A stretch of DNA of 64,000 bases from positions 41,176-105,175 of the IMG/VR virus record IMGVR_UViG_2816332336_000005; one strand, written 5' to 3'. This document shows, piece after piece, positions 55,932 to 64,000 of this stretch. Under the pieces are notes generated by a model, which was given only the letters and a program-made list of their open reading frames with translations, was not told the DNA's origin and made no database searches. Origin of the DNA: a virus (Duplodnaviria > Caudoviricetes). The first letter of the stretch is position 1, and the number at the start of each line of letters is the position of its first letter. The translations under genes and the position numbers were made by a program.

Positions 55932-56315
55932 TCACAACCACTCCGCCAACTCATCCGTACTCAACACATTCTCCACCGCAGTTACCCGTCTCTCCTCGCG
56001 CAATACCTTCGCCAGTACCCGCGCCCGCATATACGTATACATAAACGTAAAGGTCAACGTTGGGTACTGTCGCGTTGGCTTATAATCGCGGAAGCATCCG
56101 TCAATAAACCGTTTGATTATCTCCGCTCCGTGTTCGTCGATCATCCGTTTAATCATGCCTTGTTCGGATCGCCAGCCACGGGCGGGAACGTAGGGAAGTC
56201 CGTAGAGCTCTGCGTGTCGGTCACGTAGATACTCGGTAAACGTAGTCGTATTCCAGTCCGAGACTTCACGTTGGCGCCAATCCTTCGCAGGCGGTAGTTT
56301 ACGCTTTGTCATCAA
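55932..56315 (-). CDS. Replication-associated protein (initiator/loader partner)
   Basis: Upstream of the DnaC-like gene; WN..TF..Y...H...YG pattern. Confidence 0.55.
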   Translation of the reverse strand: MMTKRKLPPAKDWRQREVSDWNTTTFTEYLRDRHAELYGLPYVPARGWRSEQGMIKRMIDEHGAEIIKRFIDGCFRDYKPTRQYPTLTFTFMYTYMRARVLAKVLREERRVTAVENVLSTDELAEWL

Positions 56316-56664
56316 GGCCCACCTCCTCTGATTCGTACTCCATCACGAAATCCCAAAAGTCCTGACAACCGTAGGAATCGAGCATACGCTCCACGGTAGA
56401 TTCAACCGCGCGAAGTCTTCGTTCCATCTGCGCTATTTTCATCTCCGCATCCAGTGCACGTTCAATCACATGAGGCCATCCGTCACGTGCTTCGGCGATA
56501 AACCGAGCATCTTCATAACTTACAGCGCAAGCTAGTCCGTCATGATGCGTAGATACCCAATGGCGCAGGTTAGCATTACCCGGCCACTCATCATGGCTCG
56601 CGCCCCAAGGCCCTTCTGTAGCCGCATTACATATCTCTAAGTCTTCGTGTAGGTTACGTCCCAT
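56299..56664 (-). CDS. Ead/Ea22-like phage protein
   Basis: AATEGPW...DARFIAEAR motif. Confidence 0.65.
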   Translation of the reverse strand: MGRNLHEDLEICNAATEGPWGASHDEWPGNANLRHWVSTHHDGLACAVSYEDARFIAEARDGWPHVIERALDAEMKIAQMERRLRAVESTVERMLDSYGCQDFWDFVMEYESEEVGLDDKA

Positions 56665-56678
56665 TTACATACCGCCTC

Positions 56679-56960
56679 CTAAAATAGAATTACCATCGTT
56701 GTCTGTGGTAGCCATTGGTTATACATATAGTCCGAAAAGTCGTCTACATCAGATTCGCCGGAATCAGCTTGTTTCATTTGTACGTGCTTGGGCCCGTAAA
56801 TCTCTATCTTTTTCGGAGGCTCACCGCTTGCGCACCATATGATAATCGCGAGCAAGATAGCACATCTAATTCCTCGCCATATAATTTTCCACGCAAACCG
56901 CTCTATCTCACGCACTAACCATCGCCCCCTTTCCGTAATCGTAACGCATGCCATTCGCAA
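56679..56960 (-). CDS. Hypothetical membrane-anchored protein
   Basis: Hydrophobic stretch CAILLAIIIWC. Confidence 0.5.
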   Translation of the reverse strand: MRMACVTITERGRWLVREIERFAWKIIWRGIRCAILLAIIIWCASGEPPKKIEIYGPKHVQMKQADSGESDVDDFSDYMYNQWLPQTTMVILF

Positions 56961-57150
56961 AAGTGTCGTGTGTACGCCTTATCTGCGGCTACCATTCGTT
57001 TGACCGCGCGTTTTAATTGAAAAGCATGGTAAGCGAGTTTGATTCGGGTTAGCATTCGGAGACACCTGCCCTTTCCCGTATTCCTAAAAGCCCTGTTAGT
57101 TGATTGTGGATTCCAAATATTGTATATTCAATATGAAAGGTGGGGAATCA

Positions 57151-57345
57151 ATGAATAAGTTTGAATGTTTCGTACTTTATTTTTTCAGCTTATTATTCTT
57201 TCCATTAGGCATTATTTTGGGATTAGCTTTTTTGTTAGGAAAAGATTCTTCAATAAGAAGAGTTGGACGAAACTGCCTGTTTTCAGCTCTTTATTCATTT
57301 GCAGTACTCGTAACGATAGGAGTGATTAACTTTGTTGTTTCATGA
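57151..57345 (+). CDS. Small 2-TM membrane protein (moron)
   Basis: AT-rich, counter-oriented, AAAGGTGGGG RBS. Confidence 0.65.
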   Translation: MNKFECFVLYFFSLLFFPLGIILGLAFLLGKDSSIRRVGRNCLFSALYSFAVLVTIGVINFVVS

Positions 57346-57608
57346 TATATTTCGCCCGTTTCACATCTTAATCGTTCGATCTCCGCTAGTAACTTTGGTA
57401 TGTCTTCCCGAGCATGGGCAATGAACTCTGCGTCTTCTTCCCGATGAATAAGCGAGCGATCCAACTTATCGTATACGTCGTATATATCGAAACACACCAT
57501 CTTACCAGGAACTACTCGCCAAGGTCCTTCCGTCGCCTTCTCCGCACGCTTACATATCGCTTCAATTTCTTCACGCGTCATCATATTAGACCACGATCCC
57601 CTTTCCAT
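57291..57608 (-). CDS. Ead/Ea22-like phage protein
   Basis: KATEGPW...DAEFIAHAREDIPKLLAEIERLR motif. Confidence 0.7.
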   Translation of the reverse strand: MERGSWSNMMTREEIEAICKRAEKATEGPWRVVPGKMVCFDIYDVYDKLDRSLIHREEDAEFIAHAREDIPKLLAEIERLRCETGEIYHETTKLITPIVTSTANE

Positions 57609-57886
57609 TCGATCATTGAATAGTCATCATCTGGTGAATAGAGCGCCCCATTGTCGTATATAACACCTGCCCAATACTCCAGATCACATAGCGCGTTATT
57701 GAGAGCTAAGTACAGTTCTTCGTCAGGTCCAACGCCTTCTACGTAATCCTCGATGCCTTTAAGCGCTTCGTTCAATCCGTTTACGATGCGATCAATAGCG
57801 TCGTCTTTTCGTTCAGCTCGTTTTATTGCCGCAGTCTGTTCGGGGTCAAATAAAACATATGGGCGGCCACAAATGTTCATGGTCAT
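57581..57886 (-). CDS. Hypothetical protein
   Basis: Coupled ORF. Confidence 0.55.
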   Translation of the reverse strand: MTMNICGRPYVLFDPEQTAAIKRAERKDDAIDRIVNGLNEALKGIEDYVEGVGPDEELYLALNNALCDLEYWAGVIYDNGALYSPDDDYSMIEWKGDRGLI

Positions 57887-58125
57887 AACGCATCCTCTCC
57901 AGTTAACGCGAGTTCTAATTTCGTACTAAAAATCATACGTACTTTTTGTTTGTTCGTGAGCTCCGCTTCTTCATAATCAACGTCAAAAGCGTATCCGCAG
58001 TAATTAATTTGATTGGCGATTGGACATAAGACTACTTGATCAACGATCACTATTCGCAAACTATCCGGGTCTCTCGTTACAAAACGTTGGCTCTCGCCTA
58101 AATCAACGACTATATCCGCGGTCAT
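57883..58125 (-). CDS. Hypothetical protein
   Basis: Coupled ORF. Confidence 0.55.
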   Translation of the reverse strand: MTADIVVDLGESQRFVTRDPDSLRIVIVDQVVLCPIANQINYCGYAFDVDYEEAELTNKQKVRMIFSTKLELALTGEDAL

Positions 58126-58484
58126 CGCGATACCTCCTCCATCAACTCTGGATTTTCGTATATATTGCCGATGACTTCATAGATTGCGTTCGGATGATCT
58201 ATCATGCCTTTATATTGCTTGACACCTTTTATCAGAAACCCACTATAGCCGTATTCCAGCACTCCGATAAAACGCTTGGCAGGAGAATAATCATATATTT
58301 TACCTTTGAGGATATCCCCTTCGTAAATCTCCTTGCCGTTGCGGTCTTTGAGTCCGGTGTATTGCATTATGCCTTTCTGTGATAACAATTGACTAATTGG
58401 TGCGTATTCTTCAAACGCAAGTGAATCACCATTGATCATTTCCTGATTTTCAAAATCCCACATTCTGAACTTTATCTCTCGCAT
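58122..58484 (-). CDS. YopX-family protein
   Basis: MREIKFR.WD...MQYTGLKDRNGKEIYEGDI...EVIGNIYENPEL. Confidence 0.92.
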   Translation of the reverse strand: MREIKFRMWDFENQEMINGDSLAFEEYAPISQLLSQKGIMQYTGLKDRNGKEIYEGDILKGKIYDYSPAKRFIGVLEYGYSGFLIKGVKQYKGMIDHPNAIYEVIGNIYENPELMEEVSR

Positions 58485-58537
58485 TCTAGCGCCTCCTTTT
58501 TGTTCCAAATGATCTGCTAGACATTGCTCTTCTCCTA

Positions 58538-58777
58538 TCAAAAACTAATAGTCATGCCCTGTTCATATGAACATAGGACGTACATATCTTCATGCCAGCA
58601 GCCCTCATCCTGATCAAATCGGTAGTAGATTACATCTCCATCATCATCGACCATTGGCGCTGTATATGTGTCATAGCAAGGAGTCCCTTTTTTCCAGTAG
58701 GTCATTTCGTTTTGACCTGTCATGGGGCAGAATATTTCTCCCCACTCAGCGCCGTTTGACCATTCTAAACGTTTCAT
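58538..58777 (-). CDS. Hypothetical protein
   Basis: AGGAGG RBS. Confidence 0.55.
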   Translation of the reverse strand: MKRLEWSNGAEWGEIFCPMTGQNEMTYWKKGTPCYDTYTAPMVDDDGDVIYYRFDQDEGCWHEDMYVLCSYEQGMTISF

Positions 58778-58845
58778 TATTTATTCCTCCTATTTTTGTC
58801 CCAACCCTACCCGCTATAATGCGCAGTAAAGGAGTGTGGACTATA

Positions 58846-59055
58846 TTGAATATTTCGTTTTGTTACGTCATTCCCCACGAAGACATCTCGTTAATCCTTC
58901 CGGTGTTAGATTCCGCCATGATCCCGTACAAGCTCGAATGGAAAGGCGAACACTATACGTTAGGCTTTCCGGAATTACATGTACGACAATTTGCCGTGGT
59001 TCATCGTCTTCTGGGCTACGATGCCTCCGCAAGTACGTCGCGGTACCATCGGTAA
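58846..59055 (+). CDS. Counter-oriented small protein (MNISFCYVIPHED...)
   Basis: TATAAT -10 box and AAAGGAG RBS before TTG. Confidence 0.5.
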   Translation: MNISFCYVIPHEDISLILPVLDSAMIPYKLEWKGEHYTLGFPELHVRQFAVVHRLLGYDASASTSRYHR

Positions 59056-59498
59056 TCACCGTCATGTTCGGTCGACGCTGTTTTAACCTCAATCCGAACC
59101 TCATCCGTAAGTAGAAACTTGCGGAAATAGTCCAGTTTTTTCAACGTCCGATCGGTGAGCTTCCGGTAGCATTCATCGAAATATTGATAGACGTTTTTGC
59201 CGCGAACTACGGGTATGATATCTCTGTCGAGCCATCTACGGTTCAGCGCGAAGTATATGAACTCTAAGCCTTGGTAAACCGCACGTGGGACGTTCTTCCT
59301 CGCGCCGTAATCGTAAACAACGCACGTGTGTCCGAGGGCCAGCGACATCAGAAACGTATAGTCGAGGTCTTGAAGAAGGAAGTCCCATCGTTTCTGTTCG
59401 CAAGCTGTCGACTGAATGCGGATAAATGAGTACTCGTCCGGAATGGCTGGAATAGCCTCGATTCCATTCGTTAGATTGACGAAGTGCTTACGCATCAT
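59016..59498 (-). CDS. Conserved hypothetical protein
   Basis: 160-aa ORF with GGAGG RBS. Confidence 0.6.
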   Translation of the reverse strand: MMRKHFVNLTNGIEAIPAIPDEYSFIRIQSTACEQKRWDFLLQDLDYTFLMSLALGHTCVVYDYGARKNVPRAVYQGLEFIYFALNRRWLDRDIIPVVRGKNVYQYFDECYRKLTDRTLKKLDYFRKFLLTDEVRIEVKTASTEHDGDYRWYRDVLAEAS

Positions 59499-59520
59499 AT
59501 GACCTCCATATTCGTTTTAT

Positions 59521-59706
59521 TTACGTGACCTTTACGCGAATACAATGGAAACTGTCGCAGGTACTCGTTGCATATGTCTCGCCGCCAGTTCGGGAGCAAA
59601 TGCCGTCGCACTCTTCCGAAAGCATGTGGCTATCCTGAAAGTACACGCAGAAATCGCATATAGTCGTACAGTCGTCATTGCAAGTTATCATGTGGAAACG
59701 CCTCAC
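59521..59706 (-). CDS. Cys-rich small protein
   Basis: Multiple Cys, including CxxC pairs. Confidence 0.5.
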   Translation of the reverse strand: MRRFHMITCNDDCTTICDFCVYFQDSHMLSEECDGICSRTGGETYATSTCDSFHCIRVKVT

Positions 59707-59798
59707 TTTCGATTTATTTACGTGACCACGCGTTAAGTAATCGTAGCTTTGTGGCGGGAGATAACCGACGCCACGTTCCGGCGAGTATACGCATTGGA

Positions 59799-60443
59799 CT
59801 AGGCTCCTTTTATGTTTAGACGTAAGGTTACTTCTTTTGAGGAAGACGGTCTTTTAGCGATATCACTACGTAGGAATTGAATAAGTCTTTCGCCCTCACC
59901 GTCAAAAATGGCTGTCATTAAGCGGGTTGCCTGCCGGCTTCCGAATGCTGGATGCTTATCTTTTTTAGCAGGCCAGTAACCGGAAACGTCTCGGTAATCG
60001 TGATGCATCGTATTCCACGAATGAGCCATTGAATTTTGATTGTCCACATCGTAACCTTTATTTTTCGCCCACTGCCTATGTAGTACAATAATATCGTCGT
60101 ATTGACGTTCCCATAATTCGAGTTGTTTCCTAGAAGGGCGTCCAGCTTTCCGTTTAGCTACTACGGCGGGTTTTTGTTCCGTAAGACTCTCGACCAACTT
60201 CACCAACTCGTTAATCGTGCGTTCTTGCTCTAGGGCTCTGCGTTCTTGCCACTCGAATTTATCCGAGCAATATGCTAGATGCGTCGTAAGTAATTCGCTG
60301 ATCTTATTTAACGTGGTAATCTGCGTCAACTCGCCTGAGAAGATGGCGTTTGTAATCAGTAACATTTGCTCGCGATACTCAGGAGTATTGTCCATATAGA
60401 ACGCTATTTTCTTTCCGTCTTTTACTTGTTTTAAACTGAACAT
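59799..60443 (-). CDS. Hypothetical protein (coiled coil, AT-hook-like KAGRPS)
   Basis: ORF with AAGGGGG RBS. Confidence 0.55.
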   Translation of the reverse strand: MFSLKQVKDGKKIAFYMDNTPEYREQMLLITNAIFSGELTQITTLNKISELLTTHLAYCSDKFEWQERRALEQERTINELVKLVESLTEQKPAVVAKRKAGRPSRKQLELWERQYDDIIVLHRQWAKNKGYDVDNQNSMAHSWNTMHHDYRDVSGYWPAKKDKHPAFGSRQATRLMTAIFDGEGERLIQFLRSDIAKRPSSSKEVTLRLNIKGA

Positions 60444-60459
60444 GTTAAATTCCCCCTTG

Positions 60460-61230
60460 TTAATCAGCCTCAATTATTATGGATTCGCGGCTACGTCTCG
60501 ATGGAAGCATCTTAGATATTCCGTCTAAGAAATCGTACATGCCGTCAATTGCTGTCTGATACTCCTTCGCAGAGCATTCGTTTAAAGTCGAGAACTCTAC
60601 GTCAAAGTGTGTCAGAAACGAATATTTTTTTAGAAAATCGCGGACAGAAGCCGAGAACTCTAACGAACGGCCGCTGATCTCTGAGCCCGTTCTTATCTCG
60701 ATGACTTCCCCGTCTGAACTTGCGCTAATGGACTCGATGGTATCCCGTAGAACTTGCGCCGACTCTAACGCCTCGTCTCGTTGACGTTCCGCTAGCTCAC
60801 GCGATTCTCGTTCGGCTTTAAGAGCCCGTTTAACTTCGCGGAGTTCACGGACAGTCATTTCGTCAACGGATTTGATTTCGCCTGTTGACGGGATTGTGTG
60901 CGGACGGTCGCGTTCTTCAGACGGAAGCGTCGCGATTTCATATAAGGCACGAAGCCCCAGTTGAGTGTACGTACACTCGTTTCCGCCGATTTCATCGTAT
61001 ACCCGGATAAACTTATCTGCCTGTGCGCGGTCCATCCCGATCTCAGCATCGCACCATTTCGACCACTGACCATGTGTTAAATCGTTTTCTTTAACGTGTT
61101 TTAATCGCCTCCCTATTTCGAAAATCGCCTCACCAGCAACCCTCTTATATGCGTTTATCTCAGCCGTAATGACATTTAAGTCATCTGAGAGAGTCGGCGC
61201 GGACTCTTTACTTTGAATCTCCACATTCAT
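60460..61230 (-). CDS. DUF3102-domain protein
   Basis: ITAEIN.YK..AGEAIFEIGRRLKHVKE.DL.HGQW..W motif. Confidence 0.85.
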   Translation of the reverse strand: MNVEIQSKESAPTLSDDLNVITAEINAYKRVAGEAIFEIGRRLKHVKENDLTHGQWSKWCDAEIGMDRAQADKFIRVYDEIGGNECTYTQLGLRALYEIATLPSEERDRPHTIPSTGEIKSVDEMTVRELREVKRALKAERESRELAERQRDEALESAQVLRDTIESISASSDGEVIEIRTGSEISGRSLEFSASVRDFLKKYSFLTHFDVEFSTLNECSAKEYQTAIDGMYDFLDGISKMLPSRRSRESIIIEAD

Positions 61231-61324
61231 TCTCCTTTCTTCTTCGAATAATCTTTAATGGTTCCCCGTGGTCGTATATATTAGATCGCGTTGCAAATCA
61301 TCTATTTGTTATTTCTTATCTAAT

Positions 61325-61375
61325 AGTGACCGCGCGATAGAAGGCACGTAGTGACTGATTGATGCGCTATCTTTT
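61325..61375. repeat. 51-bp hairpin element, copy 2
   Basis: AGTGACCGCGCGATAGAAGGCACGTAGTGACTGATTGATGCGCTATCTTTT. Confidence 0.9.
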
Positions 61376-61434
61376 ATTCTTTAAAAACATTCTTTTTAAT
61401 AATTCTTTTTCATCTACGCTAGGGTAGTATGTTT

Positions 61435-61893
61435 CTACTGGTGTGTAGATACCTCCCTCCCTTTCTCCTTGCCGAGTAGTTTCTTTACCTCGGGCTTCGC
61501 CGCCACCATCTCCCGGAGCCTTTCGATAAATCCCGGCAACCTCCCCGCAAACTCAGCCTCAGTCAACGGATCATGAACGGTGTAGTATATCTTATCTGCT
61601 CCGTTCGGACTCGGACGCGTTTCGATGTCCACCAGTCCGAACGCGCTGAGTATCCCGTCCAACAACGGAAGCGTCGAGTAGCTCATCTGGAACTTTTCAA
61701 CGATGCCCTTGCGTCCTCTCCATGACTTGCCGTGGTTAAACGATGACTCGTCGTTATTGCGGAAACGTAAGAGAAACAGATAGTAAAGCGTTGCCTTGTC
61801 GCCAATGTACGGATGGTATACGTCCCATATGTCGTGGTAAACGAGACTAAAGCCGGATCGTAGCGTGCCCTCTCGGATGTATACGTTTGCCAC
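61435..61893 (-). CDS. Winged-HTH replication initiator-type protein
   Basis: YHPYIG..A..YY.FL...L...GLV.I pattern of DnaD/replisome-organizer N-terminal domains; followed by an AT-rich tract and the hairpin. Confidence 0.6.
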   Translation of the reverse strand: MANVYIREGTLRSGFSLVYHDIWDVYHPYIGDKATLYYLFLLRFRNNDESSFNHGKSWRGRKGIVEKFQMSYSTLPLLDGILSAFGLVDIETRPSPNGADKIYYTVHDPLTEAEFAGRLPGFIERLREMVAAKPEVKKLLGKEKGREVSTHQ

Positions 61894-61980
61894 TCGGATA
61901 TTCACCTCCAACCGATGTTTACACTTGTTTATTCGTACGCGATGATGAGTTCGCACACTTTTAGAAGAAAAAATTTTGTT

Positions 61981-62181
61981 CCTTTACTCTTAATAGGGCA
62001 ATGGAGTTATTAAAATTGGGACATAAACCTTAAAAAATTTTTTCTTTAACAAATGTCTATAATTACGAGACTACAAAAACTCAAAAATTTGGTACACGTT
62101 TAATAAGTTAATTTCACTCATCTAGCATTTATTACACCCTTTACTATTAATAGGGGTATGAGGTAGTCGAAATTGGTACGT
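61981..62181 (-). promoter_or_regulatory. Phage-specific bipartite motif, copies B (61981-62024) and C (62138-62181)
   Basis: ATGTCCCAATTTT..CCCTATTAAGAGTAAAGG and ACGTACCAATTTC..CCCTATTAATAGTAAAGG. Confidence 0.65.
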
Positions 62182-62271
62182 TTCATAACAAGATTTTATT
62201 GATGAACCCCCCAGACTGATATCCGTAGTACCCTTTTCAAAAAAAAATAGCCAAGGAGTTAGAAAACCTCC

Positions 62272-62856
62272 TTAGCTATCCCATTTAATACCGGGTGCAT
62301 TCGTAACTTTTGCCCCTGTCGATATTATTGTCTCGTCAGGTGTTGCGACTGTAATTATCAAATCATAATAATCGTAGACCTCTCCATAGTAGTCCTTTTC
62401 TGGGGCTTTCCCGCCTGCTGCCGATCCAAGAGTGCGCACAAAGTTATTCCCGATACGTTTTGCAGTCTCCTTATTGACAGCGTAACCAACGATTACCGCA
62501 AGACTAACTCGATCCTTATCTACGATAATCGCCGCGTCCTTAACGAAGTCTCTTTTCTTCACGTCGTCGGTCACTCTTTTTATAATCGCGTCCTCAATTT
62601 GTATCTTAGGCTGTTCTTCTTCTGTTTTCGTCTGCTCCTCATTTTGTACTTTGCTAGTTGTCGCCTGCTGTGACGAAAGGCCTGTTGGTTTGTCTAAAGT
62701 AAAAGCACTTATGAAACCTATGAATGATAATAACAGAATCAAGGTACCCCTCTTCCTAGTCAAAACAAAATTCCCTTTTGATAGCCATTTTGGGTTAATA
62801 ATTATTATCAAGGAAACAAAAAATAATAGCACAGAAGCTAGTCCTAAGAAAGCCAT
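62272..62856 (-). CDS. Membrane-anchored extracytoplasmic protein (possible superinfection exclusion)
   Basis: Two N-terminal TM helices, Q/E/T linker, soluble domain; next to the integrase. Confidence 0.6.
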   Translation of the reverse strand: MAFLGLASVLLFFVSLIIIINPKWLSKGNFVLTRKRGTLILLLSFIGFISAFTLDKPTGLSSQQATTSKVQNEEQTKTEEEQPKIQIEDAIIKRVTDDVKKRDFVKDAAIIVDKDRVSLAVIVGYAVNKETAKRIGNNFVRTLGSAAGGKAPEKDYYGEVYDYYDLIITVATPDETIISTGAKVTNAPGIKWDS

Positions 62857-62962
62857 GCAGTCCCTCCTCTCATAGTCAATCCTCTCTCTCTTTAGTTTAC
62901 AGTGACAACGTGTTAAGTACAATTCTAAAATTTCTGAACAAAAAAACGCCAGCCCCGAAGGA

Positions 62963-64000
62963 CTAGCGTAATATTTTCCTTTCTTTATTGAGTTTTCCTA
63001 TGACGTCATTTAAAGGTGAATACTTCTCGTGTTGATTTTTAATTGAGGTCTTGGATAGATGTGTATACCTCATCACCATTCGCAGGTCTGAGTGTCCCAG
63101 TATCATTTGTAGATGACGTAAGTCTCCACCGTTTTCCAAAAACATTGTCGCGGCCGTATGCCGAAACAGGTGCGGGTGAATACGTATCGGAATATTGGCT
63201 TGCTTTGCATATTCCTTTAATCGATGCCGAAATTGTCCATCTCTCAAAGGTTCGCCGTAGTTAGCAAGAAAAACATAATCCGTGTCAAAGTCTTCGTTTT
63301 CTTTTATTACGTCCTGTATTAATCGAAGAGTATGTCTATTTATAGGTACAGAGCGTGACTTTCGATTCTTTGACTCTTCGGCACGTACCGTGATCATTCC
63401 TATTACAAAATCAATGTCCATCTTTCTTAACGACAGTACCTCGTTAATACGAAAGAACCCGTCAATCAAGACATTCATAATCACATAGTCGCGGAACCCA
63501 CTATATCTACGTTGATTCGGCATGGCTAGTAGGGTCTGTAGTTGTTCAACGCTCATTATTTTTATCTCGTTCTCATCTTCCTCGACCTTTTTAATAGATT
63601 CAAAAGGGTTGGAAGAAATGTAGCTCTCTGTTGTAAGGTGCTTAAAAAAGGTTCGCATCGTTTTCAGTCGCGTATTCACAGTCGTAGGAGTAAGCCCTAC
63701 CGTCTGCTCTGCTTCTGTTTTAAACTTATGCCCTTCGAATCGTATTTTCTCTTTGAGCATCCAAACGATGTAACCCCGTATCATTTCTGTATCCACATTT
63801 CTAACATCTCTACCTAACCCGCGTAAATCCATGTATTCTACAAAAAATCCGTAGTTCTCTTTATAGCTTGCGAGTGTTCGATCCTTTCTTCCCTCCGCAA
63901 CCTTAGCGTGATAAAATCTCTCGAACAACGCGTCTAACGCGTATTCAGAAGTTACCGAAAATCTTTCCGTTCGTTGACGCTTTCCTTTTCGTCTATCCAA
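62963..64000 (-). CDS. int: Tyrosine recombinase/integrase of the large prophage (start at or beyond the window edge)
   Basis: RINEVL, KNRKSRSVP, HPHLFRHT and LGHSDLRMVMRY motifs. Confidence 0.92.
   Translation of the reverse strand: MDRRKGKRQRTERFSVTSEYALDALFERFYHAKVAEGRKDRTLASYKENYGFFVEYMDLRGLGRDVRNVDTEMIRGYIVWMLKEKIRFEGHKFKTEAEQTVGLTPTTVNTRLKTMRTFFKHLTTESYISSNPFESIKKVEEDENEIKIMSVEQLQTLLAMPNQRRYSGFRDYVIMNVLIDGFFRINEVLSLRKMDIDFVIGMITVRAEESKNRKSRSVPINRHTLRLIQDVIKENEDFDTDYVFLANYGEPLRDGQFRHRLKEYAKQANIPIRIHPHLFRHTAATMFLENGGDLRHLQMILGHSDLRMVMRYTHLSKTSIKNQHEKYSPLNDVIGKLNKERKILR

Larger units (their letters stand above)
4546..64000 (-). mobile_element. Temperate contractile-tailed prophage (~59.5 kb) integrated at tRNA-Val
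   Basis: Complete lysis, tail, head, packaging, replication and regulation modules; att fragment at the left end and integrase at the right edge. Confidence 0.95.

Overview
Bacillales DNA, probably Brevibacillus/Paenibacillaceae (inferred from gene content, not verified). It holds two mobile elements in tandem at a tRNA-Val(GAC) attachment site. (1) Bases 1-4545: the integrase end of an ICEBs1/phi105-like element (xis, cro, two-HTH ImmR-like repressor, SOS-boxed ImmA protease, tyrosine integrase). (2) Bases 4546-64000: an essentially complete ~59.5-kb temperate myovirus prophage, almost all on the minus strand. It carries YolD-like SOS genes, lysis genes, a PBSX/Xkd-type contractile tail, head and terminase, nucleotide metabolism (thyX, dut, class II nrdJ, dNMP kinase), polA, primase, helicase, a phage sigma factor and an integrase. 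The most striking items are invisible to the ORF track. (a) A self-contained cassette at 28051-28670: a sigma-H-type promoter, six tandem RBS-bearing mini-genes of 12-32 aa built from x-x-[D/E/N]-P-[G/D/E]-[W/H/Y] hexapeptide units with no signal peptide, and a terminator. These look like an intracellular library of quorum-sensing/arbitrium peptide mimics. (b) The phage's own arbitrium-like receptor plus secreted propeptide (ending SRIVGGGW), convergent on an XRE repressor and controlled by three 20-bp-spaced operators. (c) A two-peptide type I toxin-antitoxin-like locus. (d) Two rep-ori cassettes sharing a 51-bp hairpin element. (e) ATC/CTG start codons on key genes. (f) A candidate structured ncRNA. 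All functional calls come from motif recognition by eye; no database search was run.
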